Shown here piece after piece: positions 41,867 through 51,490 of a DNA stretch of 64,000 bases. The stretch lies in the NCBI GenBank assembly GCA_039208735.1, contig JBCCQY010000029.1, forward strand, positions 1 to 64,000, in the 5' to 3' direction. The DNA comes from Myxococcota bacterium (GTDB lineage: Bacteria > Myxococcota_A > UBA796 > GCA-2862545). The position numbers were made by a program, and so were the translations under genes. Position 1 is the stretch's first letter. Every line of letters begins with the position of its first letter. Below the pieces are notes generated by a model. That model did not search any database and was not told the DNA's origin. It was given only the letters and a program-made list of their open reading frames with translations.

Positions 41867-42387
41867 TGATGACCCTTCTCATGGTGATGTTGGCCACCGG
41901 GTTTGCCCAGAAGGCACCCGATGTGACCTCGCCCCTGACGCCTTTGGACGAGGTCGTCCTCATCGACGGCCTGCCTCCGGGACCGCAGCCCTCGGCTGAA
42001 GAAGCCTTGGCGGTGGCGAAGAAGCTCGGGGCCGAGATGCGCTGCCCGGTCTGCCAGGGCATGTCCGTCAAGGACTCAACGAGTGCCGCTGCGGTCAACA
42101 TGTACCGGCGCATCCATGATCTTGCGCGCGCGGGCTACACCGAGACCCAAATCAAAGACTACTTCGTCGACCGCTACGACGAGTGGGTGCTGCTTGAGCC
42201 GACCCAGGAAGGGTTCAACCTGCTGGTGTGGGTGGGGCCGGGACTGTTCTTGATGCTCGGTCTGGGGCTCGTTTACACCACGGTGTCGCGCTGGGAAAAA
42301 GAAGACGACGAACTTCCTTCTGATACGGGTGAACAGCCCAAAGACCGCTACGAAGAGCGACTGCTCGCCGAGCTGGAGGACGAGTGA
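41863..42387 (+). CDS. ccmH: Cytochrome c biogenesis protein CcmH
   Basis: MRCPVCQG, YFVDRY..WVLLEP, C-terminal TM segment. Confidence 0.92.
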   Translation: MMMTLLMVMLATGFAQKAPDVTSPLTPLDEVVLIDGLPPGPQPSAEEALAVAKKLGAEMRCPVCQGMSVKDSTSAAAVNMYRRIHDLARAGYTETQIKDYFVDRYDEWVLLEPTQEGFNLLVWVGPGLFLMLGLGLVYTTVSRWEKEDDELPSDTGEQPKDRYEERLLAELEDE

Positions 42388-44132
42388 TGGCATGGTGGGT
42401 GGTGGTCTGGGCTGATGCAGCCTGGGCAGCAAATCCGCACGGGACCGAAGGCCAGGACTGGTACGTCCCGTTGGGTGTGGTGATCATCGGAATGGTGGTC
42501 GGCTTCGTGCTGATCTCACGGCAGACCGAAGCGGATGCTCGCATCGACGAAGAGGCTCGGGAAATCGACCTCGGAGCCACGCGCGACGAGGTGGTCGAGG
42601 CGTTGCGGCAGCTCGAAGTCGAAAAGTCGAAGATGGACCCTGGCCAGTACGAGACCGAACGGCAGCAGCTGCTCGCTCGTGGGGCCAAAGCCATGCGCGA
42701 ACTCGATGACGAAGCGCCGGAAGACGACGGTGTGGTTGCGCCCAAGGCGGCGGCGGCGAGTTCGGCAGAGCCGACTCCGGCCGAGGGTCCGCTCGGCATT
42801 TGGAACGCCTTGGCGCCAGAGTGGCGCGGAGCCATCACCGCCCTCACGGTGGTCGCGGTCATCGCAGGCTTCATCTTCATGGCGCAGAACGATTCTCGGG
42901 TGCGTCGTGAAGGGGAGTCCATCACGGGCAGCGACATCGTGACGAACAACAATGCGCGTCCGCAAGGCCTCGAGAAGGCAGACCCGCAGGTGGTCGCCAT
43001 GATCGAAGCGCTCGAGACACAGCTCAAGGAAGACCCGCAAGACGTTCAGGTCCTCAATCAGCTCACGCAGCTCTACCTGTCGGCGAACGTGCCCGCGCAG
43101 GCCATGAACTACAACACCGAAGTGCGCAAGATCGACCCGAAAGACAAGGATGGGCTTGCGTATCTCGGTGTGCTGCGCATGATGATGGGCATGGGCGAAA
43201 AGGCGCTTGAGCCGCTCGACGAGGTCTTGGCCGAAGACGGCAATCACCTGTTGTCGTTGGTCTACAAGGGCCTCATCGAAATCGAACTCGGCCGCTACGA
43301 TAGTGCGGTCACCCAGCTTGAAAAGGCGATGACGCTCGCGCCGGGCAATCCGATGATCACCCAGGCGTTGGCCGATGCGAAGCGGTTTGCATCGGGCGAT
43401 ACGCCAGTTCCTGGCGGCAAGGGTGGTGAACTCATCGTGCGGGGCACGATGGACCTCGATCCGTCGGTCAAGGGCTCGCTGAAGGGCAACGAGGTCGTGT
43501 TCCTGAGCGTGAAAGATCCGAGCCAGGCCGGACCGCCGGTCGCCGCGATTAAGCTGCCGGCTTCGTTCCCGGCTCCCTTTTCGATCACCACGGCCGACAT
43601 TCGCGCGATGGCCGGCAACACGACGGTGCCTGCGCAGTTGTCGCTCACCGTTCGGGTGGACCTCGACGGCAACGCGATGACCAAAGAAAAGGCTCCGATC
43701 GCCGTTGTGACGGGCATCGCGAAGGGAGCCTCCGGGGTCTCGGCGATCCTGTCGCTCGATGGCGCACCGACCGAGGCACCCTCGGTGGCGGCGGCTTCGG
43801 CGGCCGCTGCGGGTGACACCATCGTGTCCGGAACCGCGACGTTGGCCCCGGGCAAGGATGCCAACGGGGTGGTGTTCATCAGTGCGCGCCCGATCGCGGG
43901 CGGTCCACCCGTGGCGGCCAAGCGGATTCCCGGGGCGTCGTTCCCGCTTCGCTTCAGCCTGACGAAGGCCGACGTCATTCCGATGATGGCCGGCCGTCCG
44001 CTGCCCGACGAGATCATCTTGAAGGTCCACGTGGACCGTGATGGCAACGTCACCACCCAAGAAGACGGCCCCACCGCCGTGCTCGCAAGTGTGAAGCGAG
44101 GCACCACCGGCGTTGAGCTACAGCTCGAGTAG
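42384..44132 (+). CDS. ccmI: CcmI/CycH-like TPR protein with duplicated C-terminal domain
   Basis: Two TM segments flanking a helical loop, TPRs, then two GPPVAA...FP..FS...DGN domains. Confidence 0.8.
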   Translation: MMAWWVVVWADAAWAANPHGTEGQDWYVPLGVVIIGMVVGFVLISRQTEADARIDEEAREIDLGATRDEVVEALRQLEVEKSKMDPGQYETERQQLLARGAKAMRELDDEAPEDDGVVAPKAAAASSAEPTPAEGPLGIWNALAPEWRGAITALTVVAVIAGFIFMAQNDSRVRREGESITGSDIVTNNNARPQGLEKADPQVVAMIEALETQLKEDPQDVQVLNQLTQLYLSANVPAQAMNYNTEVRKIDPKDKDGLAYLGVLRMMMGMGEKALEPLDEVLAEDGNHLLSLVYKGLIEIELGRYDSAVTQLEKAMTLAPGNPMITQALADAKRFASGDTPVPGGKGGELIVRGTMDLDPSVKGSLKGNEVVFLSVKDPSQAGPPVAAIKLPASFPAPFSITTADIRAMAGNTTVPAQLSLTVRVDLDGNAMTKEKAPIAVVTGIAKGASGVSAILSLDGAPTEAPSVAAASAAAAGDTIVSGTATLAPGKDANGVVFISARPIAGGPPVAAKRIPGASFPLRFSLTKADVIPMMAGRPLPDEIILKVHVDRDGNVTTQEDGPTAVLASVKRGTTGVELQLE

Positions 44133-44690
44133 GTCGTTGCCCCAGGGGATGAGCCGCGCGGTGTTGTGAGCATCGGCCACCGCCCGGTGCGGCGTCCCTT
44201 CGAACCCAAGCCCGGCGCGGGCCAACGCCTCGTCGAGGCGCATCCATGTCCGAGTCTCGCCGCGTTTGCGAAGGCGCTTGGCCAACCATGAGCGGAGGTT
44301 GACGGCTTGCCAGGGGGGCGGCTCCATCGACGCGCGCCGACAGTCCCTGGCGAACTGGCGGTGGTCGAAGGTTCCCCAGCTGCCAACGACGGTATGCGGT
44401 TCGATCCACCGCAGGAAATCCGTATACGCTTCGGCGAACGGCATGCCACCGTCGACATCGGCTTGGGTCAGCCCGGTAAGTCGGGTGCAGAACGCCGACA
44501 ATCGAGGGTGTCGGCGGGGTTTGATGACCCGCCGAAATGCGGGCTCCCCATCGAGGGGAAACCGCACGGCGCCAATCTCGATGATTTCGCATTCGTTGCG
44601 TTGGTCGGCCGATAGCGCCGCATGCTCATCCGGGTGCCAGCATGTCGCTTCGATATCGACGACGATGCCTCGTTCGAATGCCATCGTCAT
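44118..44690 (-). CDS. DEDDh 3'-5' exonuclease (ERI-1/KapD-like)
   Basis: VDIEATCW, EIIEIGAV, LSAFCTRLTG, SWGTFD, HRAVADAHNTA. Confidence 0.9.
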   Translation of the reverse strand: MTMAFERGIVVDIEATCWHPDEHAALSADQRNECEIIEIGAVRFPLDGEPAFRRVIKPRRHPRLSAFCTRLTGLTQADVDGGMPFAEAYTDFLRWIEPHTVVGSWGTFDHRQFARDCRRASMEPPPWQAVNLRSWLAKRLRKRGETRTWMRLDEALARAGLGFEGTPHRAVADAHNTARLIPWGNDLLEL

Positions 44691-44907
44691 GGGGCCCCTG
44701 TGCCTGGCCACGGGGTTTGTCGTGGTCGAGCCTTGACCAAGAGGCAAGGAGAAGGAGGAGCGCCCCCTCGACAGGAATTTCGACACAACCCGTGGAAGAG
44801 AACGAGTCGGGGGGCCCTCAGAAAGTTCATGACAATCGATTTGCCGGACTGTCTTCAAAACCTGTCAGAAGAGGGTCACGGATTTGGGAAGTTCGGTTTT
44901 GAAGGCC

Positions 44908-45954
44908 TTACTTGGCTTCGGCCTGAACAACCGGTTCGTGAACATCCACCCCATTTTCGATGATGTCGCCCACACCGAAGTGCTGCAGGACGTGGTTGCG
45001 GATTTGAACACCGACCTGAGGGTTCTCGCGAATGAAGCCGCAGGCGTTTTCCTTGCCCTGACCCATGCGCTGGTCGCCAAGCGAGTACCACGAGCCGCTC
45101 TTGCGAACGAGGCCGGTGCTCACACCAAGATCGACGAGTTCAGCCTCTTGCGAGACCCCAAATCCATACATGATGTCGAATTCAACGACCCGGAAGGGCG
45201 GAGCGAGTTTGTTCTTGGTGACCTTCACCTTGGTGCGGTTGCCAAGCACCTCTTCGCCCTTCTTTACCGAGCCAATCCGCGTCACTTCCATGCGAATGGA
45301 CGAGTAGAATTTGAGGGCCTTACCACCCGTGGTGGTCTTGGGGCTCCCGAACATCACCCCGATCTTCTCGCGGATCTGGTTGATGAAGATGACCACACAA
45401 TGGGACTTGTGGATGGCGCCTGTGAGCTTCCGCAGTGCCTGGCTCATGAGTCGAGCCTGGGCACCGGGCAGGGAGTCGCCCATGTCGCCTTCGAGTTCGG
45501 CCTTGGGCACCAGTGCGGCCACGGAGTCGATCACCACCACGTCGATGGCGCCGGAGCGCACCAACGTCTCGGCGATTTCGAGCGCCTGCTCGCCGTTGTC
45601 GGGCTGGGAGATGAGCATCTCGTCGACCTTTACGCCGAGATTGCGGGCGTAGTTCGGGTCGAGCGCGTGCTCGGCATCGATGAAAGCCGCAGTACCGTCA
45701 AGCATCTGGGCCTGGGCAATGGCCTGCAGGGCCAACGTGGTCTTGCCGCTAGATTCGGCGCCGTAGATTTCGACGACGCGGCCGCGAGGCAGGCCTCCAA
45801 TGCCGAGCGCAATGTCGAGGCCGAGCGAGCCGGTAGAAATCGCCTGAACCTGCGGAATGTCGGCGTCGCCGTAGCGCATGATCGCGCCTTTGCCGAACTG
45901 GCGGTGGATAGACGCGATGGCGGCGTCGATGGCCTTGCTGCGTTCGTCAGCCAT
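44908..45954 (-). CDS. recA: Recombinase RecA
   Basis: [49 protein letters not shown]. Confidence 0.99.
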   Translation of the reverse strand: MADERSKAIDAAIASIHRQFGKGAIMRYGDADIPQVQAISTGSLGLDIALGIGGLPRGRVVEIYGAESSGKTTLALQAIAQAQMLDGTAAFIDAEHALDPNYARNLGVKVDEMLISQPDNGEQALEIAETLVRSGAIDVVVIDSVAALVPKAELEGDMGDSLPGAQARLMSQALRKLTGAIHKSHCVVIFINQIREKIGVMFGSPKTTTGGKALKFYSSIRMEVTRIGSVKKGEEVLGNRTKVKVTKNKLAPPFRVVEFDIMYGFGVSQEAELVDLGVSTGLVRKSGSWYSLGDQRMGQGKENACGFIRENPQVGVQIRNHVLQHFGVGDIIENGVDVHEPVVQAEAK

Positions 45955-46077
45955 GGGGGGCTCCGTTTCGGTAGATGAGCAATGGGTGACCCCTCCGAAT
46001 ACACCCATCACGACGTGAAAACCAGTCAATAGACCAGAAGTTGTCCGCATAGATGCGAACCATGGGAGGGGAAGATC

Positions 46078-47337
46078 TCAAGCGAGCAACCGGCGTCGCA
46101 GCATCTCGAAGGCCGAGGCGACTGCGAGGTTCTGGATGCGTTCCCGGTCGCCGGGAAGGTGAAAGCGACGGTGGGTGGACCCACCCGGGCCCGAGACGGC
46201 GATATGAACCGTGCCTACAGGCTTGTCTTCGGTGCCTCCGCCCGGACCCGCAATGCCGGTCACCCCGACTCCCCAGGTGGTGCCGGCGCGTTCGCGAACG
46301 CCGGTGGCCATTTGGTGAGCCACGGGTTCACTGACCGCGCCATGGGTGTTGAGGTCGTCTTCGACGACGCCGAGCAACCGAATCTTGGCCGCGTTGGAAT
46401 AGGTCACCAAACTTTCCATGAACCAGCGGCTCGAACCGGGGATTGCCGTACAGGCCGCGGCGATGCGACCGCCGGTGCACGACTCGGCCACCGCGAGGGT
46501 GTGGCCCCGAGCAGCCACCAGTCGAGCGACCGTCTCGGCGTGAGTGCCCCCACCCGTGTCGAACCCGATCAGTGGGGACGGGGAACCCTCGACGGTGAAG
46601 ACCCAGCGACCCACTCGTTGCAACATCGATTCGGTGGCGGTGACCATGGCATCGGAGCTGACTGTGGGCTCGAACCTTAGTTTGAGGTGATTTTCAGGCA
46701 GTTTGGTGCGGAAGCTCACCGTGCACCCGGGCACCTGCCAGCCCGTGAGCGCCTGCTGCAAGTCGGACTCGCCGACCCCTACACACCGCAAGGTGATGAG
46801 GCGGCCCGGGCGCAGGGCAAATCGGGGTCGTAGGAGGGGAAGGACCCGCTCCCGGAAGAGGTTACGCATTTCGCGCGGGACCCCGGGCAGGCAGGCGAAC
46901 CACGTTTTGTCGCCTTCGAAGGCAAAGCCTGGTGCCGTGCCCCAATCGTTGTCGAGCCGGTTGCTGCCTTTGGGCAACCACGCCTGCCGCTCATTGACCG
47001 GGGCCATCGTGCGACCAAAGGAGGCAAAGCGATCGCGGATCTGTTGGAGGGCGACCTCGTCGAGTTCGAGAGGACGCCCAAACGTTTCGGCAACGGCCTG
47101 GGTGGTGAGGTCATCGTCGGTGGGGCCCAGTCCACCGGTACAGATGCAAAGGCCTCCTCGCGACCCCAGATCCCGAAACGCTTCGACAAGGTCGGGCAGG
47201 CGGTCACCCACGCTCAGGTGACGCCGTACAGTAAAGCCGATCGTGGTGAGTTGATCGGACAACCAGGCCGCATTGGTGTCTGCGATCTGGCCGGTGACGA
47301 CCTCGTCGCCCTGCGAGAGAACATGTGCGTCGGGCAT
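46078..47337 (-). CDS. cinA: CinA family protein (molybdopterin-binding-like domain + NMN deamidase PncC domain)
   Basis: GDEVVTGQIADTN, GGLGPTDDDLT, AESCTGG, TGIAGPGGG; lies upstream of recA. Confidence 0.93.
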   Translation of the reverse strand: MPDAHVLSQGDEVVTGQIADTNAAWLSDQLTTIGFTVRRHLSVGDRLPDLVEAFRDLGSRGGLCICTGGLGPTDDDLTTQAVAETFGRPLELDEVALQQIRDRFASFGRTMAPVNERQAWLPKGSNRLDNDWGTAPGFAFEGDKTWFACLPGVPREMRNLFRERVLPLLRPRFALRPGRLITLRCVGVGESDLQQALTGWQVPGCTVSFRTKLPENHLKLRFEPTVSSDAMVTATESMLQRVGRWVFTVEGSPSPLIGFDTGGGTHAETVARLVAARGHTLAVAESCTGGRIAAACTAIPGSSRWFMESLVTYSNAAKIRLLGVVEDDLNTHGAVSEPVAHQMATGVRERAGTTWGVGVTGIAGPGGGTEDKPVGTVHIAVSGPGGSTHRRFHLPGDRERIQNLAVASAFEMLRRRLLA

Positions 47338-47347
47338 GGGTCCTTCT

Positions 47348-47363
47348 CTGAACAGATGTCCAG
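47348..47363. promoter_or_regulatory. Putative LexA (SOS) box upstream of cinA-recA
   Basis: CTGAACAGATGTCCAG, a near-palindrome of CTGAAC-N4-GTTCAG matching the Myxococcus-type box; 10 bp before the cinA ATG. Confidence 0.7.
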
Positions 47364-47503
47364 CGACGTAATTCGCTGGTGGGGGTTGGCAAGGCGGGTC
47401 TCTAACTCTCCTCCCAAGATTTCCGCCGAAGGGCATCGAGTCCAGAAGCGGTACGCAATAGACGAGGTCGATGCACCGTACCGGTGGCAGGGGAGCGAGA
47501 CGC

Positions 47504-47926
47504 GTGGGACGGGTCATGGGCCTGGACGTAGGCACGAAGACGATCGGCATCGCGGTGAGCGATGAGGCGCGAATCATCGCCAGTCCGCTTCGCACGCTGT
47601 CGCGCCGTTCGGTGAAGCGCGACGTCGATGAACTCGGCCCGATCGTCGAGGAACGAGGCATCGAAGCCGTTGTGGTGGGGCTGCCCTACGAACTCGACGG
47701 GAGCGAGGCGCGCTCCGCTCGACTGGCTCGGCAGGTTGGTGAGGCGGTTCGCGAGCGCTTCGAGGTGCCGGTTCACTACGTCGACGAGCGGTTCACGTCG
47801 GTCGACGCCGAGCGCCAGCTCATCGAGGCTCGGGTGTCGCGGCAGCGGCGTCGGGAGATCATCGATCAGCAGGCGGCTTGCATCATTTTGCAGACCTTCC
47901 TCGATCATCCGGAGATGGGGACATGA
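47504..47926 (+). CDS. ruvX: YqgF/RuvX family nuclease (pre-16S rRNA maturation)
   Basis: GLDVGTKTIGIAVSD, VVVGLP, DERFTS, IDQQAACIILQ. Confidence 0.93.
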   Translation: MGRVMGLDVGTKTIGIAVSDEARIIASPLRTLSRRSVKRDVDELGPIVEERGIEAVVVGLPYELDGSEARSARLARQVGEAVRERFEVPVHYVDERFTSVDAERQLIEARVSRQRRREIIDQQAACIILQTFLDHPEMGT

Positions 47927-48660
47927 AGCGTGACCTGTTTTCGGCGAGCCACCTCGTGCTCGCTGCGATTGCCTTGCTCGTAGGGATTGGCATTGGGCGG
48001 TTTAGCCCCCAGTCCGAATTGCGGCGGACCAAGCAGGCGCTCGCCGTGGCCGAAGCGCGTCGGTGTGATGACGCCGGCGCGGTAGGACGGCAGATCGCGG
48101 AGGCGCTCGGGGGGCGGCCGGTCGTCGATCTGCCCGAAGACCGTGGGCCACGCCAGGCCGACGTACCGTTGGCCTCGCCAAAACCTTCCGAGGAGCCTGC
48201 GGTTGAGCCCAATGCGATCGTGGCCGGTGAAGGAGACGGGTCGGACTTCGAACTCGACTTCAACGGCTTTGATGATCTTTCGCCTGAAGAACAGAGCGAT
48301 CGACTGGGTGCCATTCGCGACGCGGTGGCCATGCGCAAGGCCCAAGCGCGCCAGGCGTTTATCGAGCAAGTGGACCCCACGGACGCCCAGCTCACCGTAT
48401 TGGAGGACGTCGTTGCCGAGATGAACGATGCGCTCGTCGATGAGGCCGCCACCTTCATGGACACGGTTCGGGAGGGCGACCCCACCCGCCGGGAAGGGCT
48501 CGAGTTTGCGCGCAACACCATCGATGTGTTGCTCGATGCCGAGGATGGGCTCAGGGATTCATTGACCGACGATCAACTGGATCAGGCCGACCCTGAGGCC
48601 TTGGATCCCCTCGGATTCATCGATCCCACCCTCGTTGAGACCTTGGTCGAACTGCGATGA
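47923..48660 (+). CDS. Hypothetical membrane-anchored acidic protein
   Basis: N-terminal TM segment, helical acidic C-terminus; translationally coupled to both neighbours. Confidence 0.7.
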   Translation: MKRDLFSASHLVLAAIALLVGIGIGRFSPQSELRRTKQALAVAEARRCDDAGAVGRQIAEALGGRPVVDLPEDRGPRQADVPLASPKPSEEPAVEPNAIVAGEGDGSDFELDFNGFDDLSPEEQSDRLGAIRDAVAMRKAQARQAFIEQVDPTDAQLTVLEDVVAEMNDALVDEAATFMDTVREGDPTRREGLEFARNTIDVLLDAEDGLRDSLTDDQLDQADPEALDPLGFIDPTLVETLVELR

Positions 48661-49550
48661 GAGACGTCTTGCTCATCGCGCGCTTCGAGGTGCTGCGTGC
48701 GATTCGAACGTGGCGGGCTCTGGCTCTCGTCGTGCTGGTCTCGGTCGCCATGGGAGGTGGGGCGTACCTATTCACGCGGTTCATCGGGCTCATGGAGAAC
48801 CAGCTGGCCACCCAGCTTGGCGTGGCGAGAACCCGGGTCCCTGGGGCGATGCTCCAAGAACTCGTGACGTCCGACTCCTACCGCGACGTCGTGACCCAGG
48901 TTTTTGGCGACCCCGCCATGCAGGAGTGGATTCTGCAGCTGCATCCAGCGGCATTGTTCTACTTTGGCTTGGCCACCCTGGTGCTGCCCTTCTTCGCGGC
49001 GACCGCGAGTGCAGAAAGCCTCTCCATCGACGTGCAATCCCGGGCGATTCGTTTCGAAGCACTCCGCACATCGCGATTGGACCTTGTCGCGGGACGTTTT
49101 TTAGGCCAGGCCTCGATTCTTACGTTCGCCGTCATCGTGGCGGCGGCCACCGCCTTGATCGTCACGGCCCTTTCCATGCGGGTCGCACAGCCCGTTAGTC
49201 TGATGATCGATGTGTTGCGTTTTTCGCTTCGCGCCTGGGTCTTCGGCATGCCGTTCGTCGGCCTTGGCATCGCCGCATCGCAGCTCACCTCATCGCCGGC
49301 TTGGGCCCGGGTGCTCGCCATTGGCGCGACGCTGGGAACCTGGGGCGCCGTCGCCTTCGGCCCCTGGCTGGGGGAGCGTCTCGGGGTGATCCACATCCTC
49401 GATGTGGTGCTCCTCACCATGCCGCAACGCCATCTCGATGCCCTGTGGGGCCCGGGTAACGATTGGCTGTTCAGCGGCTTCATCGAGCTGGTCTTGGCGT
49501 TGGTGGCCACCGTAGCTGCCTTTCCGGTCTTTGCGAGGAGGAACCTTTGA
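48657..49550 (+). CDS. ABC-2 type transporter permease
   Basis: Multiple TM segments; coupled to the downstream ATPase. Confidence 0.8.
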   Translation: MRDVLLIARFEVLRAIRTWRALALVVLVSVAMGGGAYLFTRFIGLMENQLATQLGVARTRVPGAMLQELVTSDSYRDVVTQVFGDPAMQEWILQLHPAALFYFGLATLVLPFFAATASAESLSIDVQSRAIRFEALRTSRLDLVAGRFLGQASILTFAVIVAAATALIVTALSMRVAQPVSLMIDVLRFSLRAWVFGMPFVGLGIAASQLTSSPAWARVLAIGATLGTWGAVAFGPWLGERLGVIHILDVVLLTMPQRHLDALWGPGNDWLFSGFIELVLALVATVAAFPVFARRNL

Positions 49551-50461
49551 CCGCGGCGTTGTCGTTCGAAGGAGTGCGCAAGCGTTTTGGGTCGAACCAG
49601 GCGCTCGATGGGCTTTCGTTTCGCATTCCCGAGGGAACAGTGGCCGGGTTCGTCGGCCACAACGGGGCGGGCAAGACCACGGCGTTTTCGATCGTCAGCG
49701 GATTTTTGCCAATGGACGCAGGCACGTTTTCGGTCTTCGAGGAGGTGGACCCCACGCCGCAGGAACTCAAGGGTCGATTGGGGGTGCTTCCCCAGGATGC
49801 CGCCCTTCCCGAGCGGCACACCCCGTTCGAGCTGTTGGCGCACCTGGGTCGTCTGCAGGGGTTGGCCCATCGCACGGCTCGTGACGAAGCGGCGCGGGTG
49901 CTCACCCTCGTGGGGTTGAAGGATCGTCAGAACGCCCTCATTGCGACGCTTTCGCATGGCATGCGGCGTCGTGTCGCGGTGGCGACTGCATTGACGGGGA
50001 ATCCTGCGCTGGTGCTCCTCGATGAGCCGCTGGCGGGTCTTGATCCGGTGCAGGCGCACGCCCTAAGGGACGCGCTCGCCGCGCTTCGCGGAGAACAGAC
50101 CTTGGTCGTCAGCTCCCACAACCTGTCCGAGTTGGAGCGACTCTGCGACTGGGTCGTGATGCTGAAGCAGGGGCGCTGCACGCGTCAGGGAACTGTCGAA
50201 AACGTGTCGGGCGAGCAAGAGGTGGTGCGTTGGAGCATCGTAGGCACCGCTCCGCTCGACGCCCTCCATGCCGCGCTACCCGACCACCGCTTTGTTGAGG
50301 ACGCAGGTGCGGTGGTGCAGTATCCGCCAGCCGAGGCCGATCTCGACGCGACCAGCGTCACCGTCATGGCCACGTTGGCGGCGGCAGGAGTTCCGCTGCG
50401 CGGGCTCGTGCGGGGCATGGGCCTCGAACAGCGATTCATCGACGACCTCGGTACGTCCTGA
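49547..50461 (+). CDS. ABC transporter ATP-binding protein
   Basis: GHNGAGKTT, LSHGM, LLDEP, SSH. Confidence 0.92.
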   Translation: MTAALSFEGVRKRFGSNQALDGLSFRIPEGTVAGFVGHNGAGKTTAFSIVSGFLPMDAGTFSVFEEVDPTPQELKGRLGVLPQDAALPERHTPFELLAHLGRLQGLAHRTARDEAARVLTLVGLKDRQNALIATLSHGMRRRVAVATALTGNPALVLLDEPLAGLDPVQAHALRDALAALRGEQTLVVSSHNLSELERLCDWVVMLKQGRCTRQGTVENVSGEQEVVRWSIVGTAPLDALHAALPDHRFVEDAGAVVQYPPAEADLDATSVTVMATLAAAGVPLRGLVRGMGLEQRFIDDLGTS

Positions 50462-50486
50462 CCGGGTCCCTGGTTCTGGAGAGCCC

Positions 50487-51362
50487 ATGAACGACCTTAC
50501 GCGGCTGCCGAATGGACAGGAGAGGTGGATCGAGCGCCCCGATGGGACGCGCATCCGAACCGTTATGGGGGGCGACGGCCCGCCAACGGTCGTGTTCGTT
50601 CACGGGTATGGGGCGCACTTCGGCGAATGGAACGTCATCACCGAGAGCCTCGACGACATCGGTTGGGTCGCCTTCAACCTTCGCGGCCACGGTGGGTCGA
50701 CGATCGGCACGGATGGGGTTGACACCAATGCGATGGCCGAGGACTACAAGGCGGTCCTCGAAACCTACGATGTTCGCAACGGGGTCCTCGTCGGGCACTC
50801 CACGGGTGGCTTTCTCGGCATCCGCTTCCTCCTTGAACATCCCGAGGTCGTCGCCGAACGGCTCCAGGGCTGTGTGCTCGTAGCCACGTTCGCAGGCGAC
50901 GTGGGGCGAGCCAATCCGCAGAATCGAATCCAGATTCCCTTGATTCAATCCGGTATTCTTGTCCCCTCGCTGTCGTTCCGTCCCCTCGCCCGTGCGTTTG
51001 TGGGCTCGCTTTGCGGAGATGAGTTCGATTCTGACTACATCGATGGCTTTGTGCAGGCGTTCCGTCAGGCTGACCATCGAGCACTGGTTCCGCTGCTACG
51101 TGCCCTCGTCGTCGAAAACGACTATGCCCGGTTGGGCGAAATCACCCTTCCATGTTCGATTCTCGTTGGCGAAAAGGACTCTACGACCCCCGAATTCCAC
51201 GCAGACGATCTGCATGCCGGCATTCGTGATTCGTCGTTGCAGCGATTGCCTGGCAAGGGCCACCTGCTCAACTGGGAAGCTCCCAAGGTCGTGGTCCGCG
51301 CGATTCGGGAGTTGCAAAGCAGGGTGACCCTGTCCAAGAGGCAAGGAGCGCGGCCAGAGTAG
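50487..51362 (+). CDS. Alpha/beta hydrolase
   Basis: HGYG, RGHG, GHSTGG nucleophile elbow, GEKD, GH. Confidence 0.9.
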   Translation: MNDLTRLPNGQERWIERPDGTRIRTVMGGDGPPTVVFVHGYGAHFGEWNVITESLDDIGWVAFNLRGHGGSTIGTDGVDTNAMAEDYKAVLETYDVRNGVLVGHSTGGFLGIRFLLEHPEVVAERLQGCVLVATFAGDVGRANPQNRIQIPLIQSGILVPSLSFRPLARAFVGSLCGDEFDSDYIDGFVQAFRQADHRALVPLLRALVVENDYARLGEITLPCSILVGEKDSTTPEFHADDLHAGIRDSSLQRLPGKGHLLNWEAPKVVVRAIRELQSRVTLSKRQGARPE

Positions 51363-51490
51363 CGGGAAGCGAGGGCAGGTCTGTCGCGGTAGGGACGCGA
51401 GCGGTTTGCCACTTTGCCTCGCGCTGTGACGGTCATGGGGCCGGATGCCGAGCCGGAAAGCCCGATGGAGGCACGACGGAGGGTACTCCC

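Noticed and set aside
42516..45978. ORFs 42516..44060 (-), 43295..44458 (-) and 44884..45978 (+)
   Set aside because: Antisense to ccmI and recA.
45955..46077. LexA box immediately upstream of recA
   Set aside because: Only ACCAG direct repeats; no convincing palindrome like the one at 47348.
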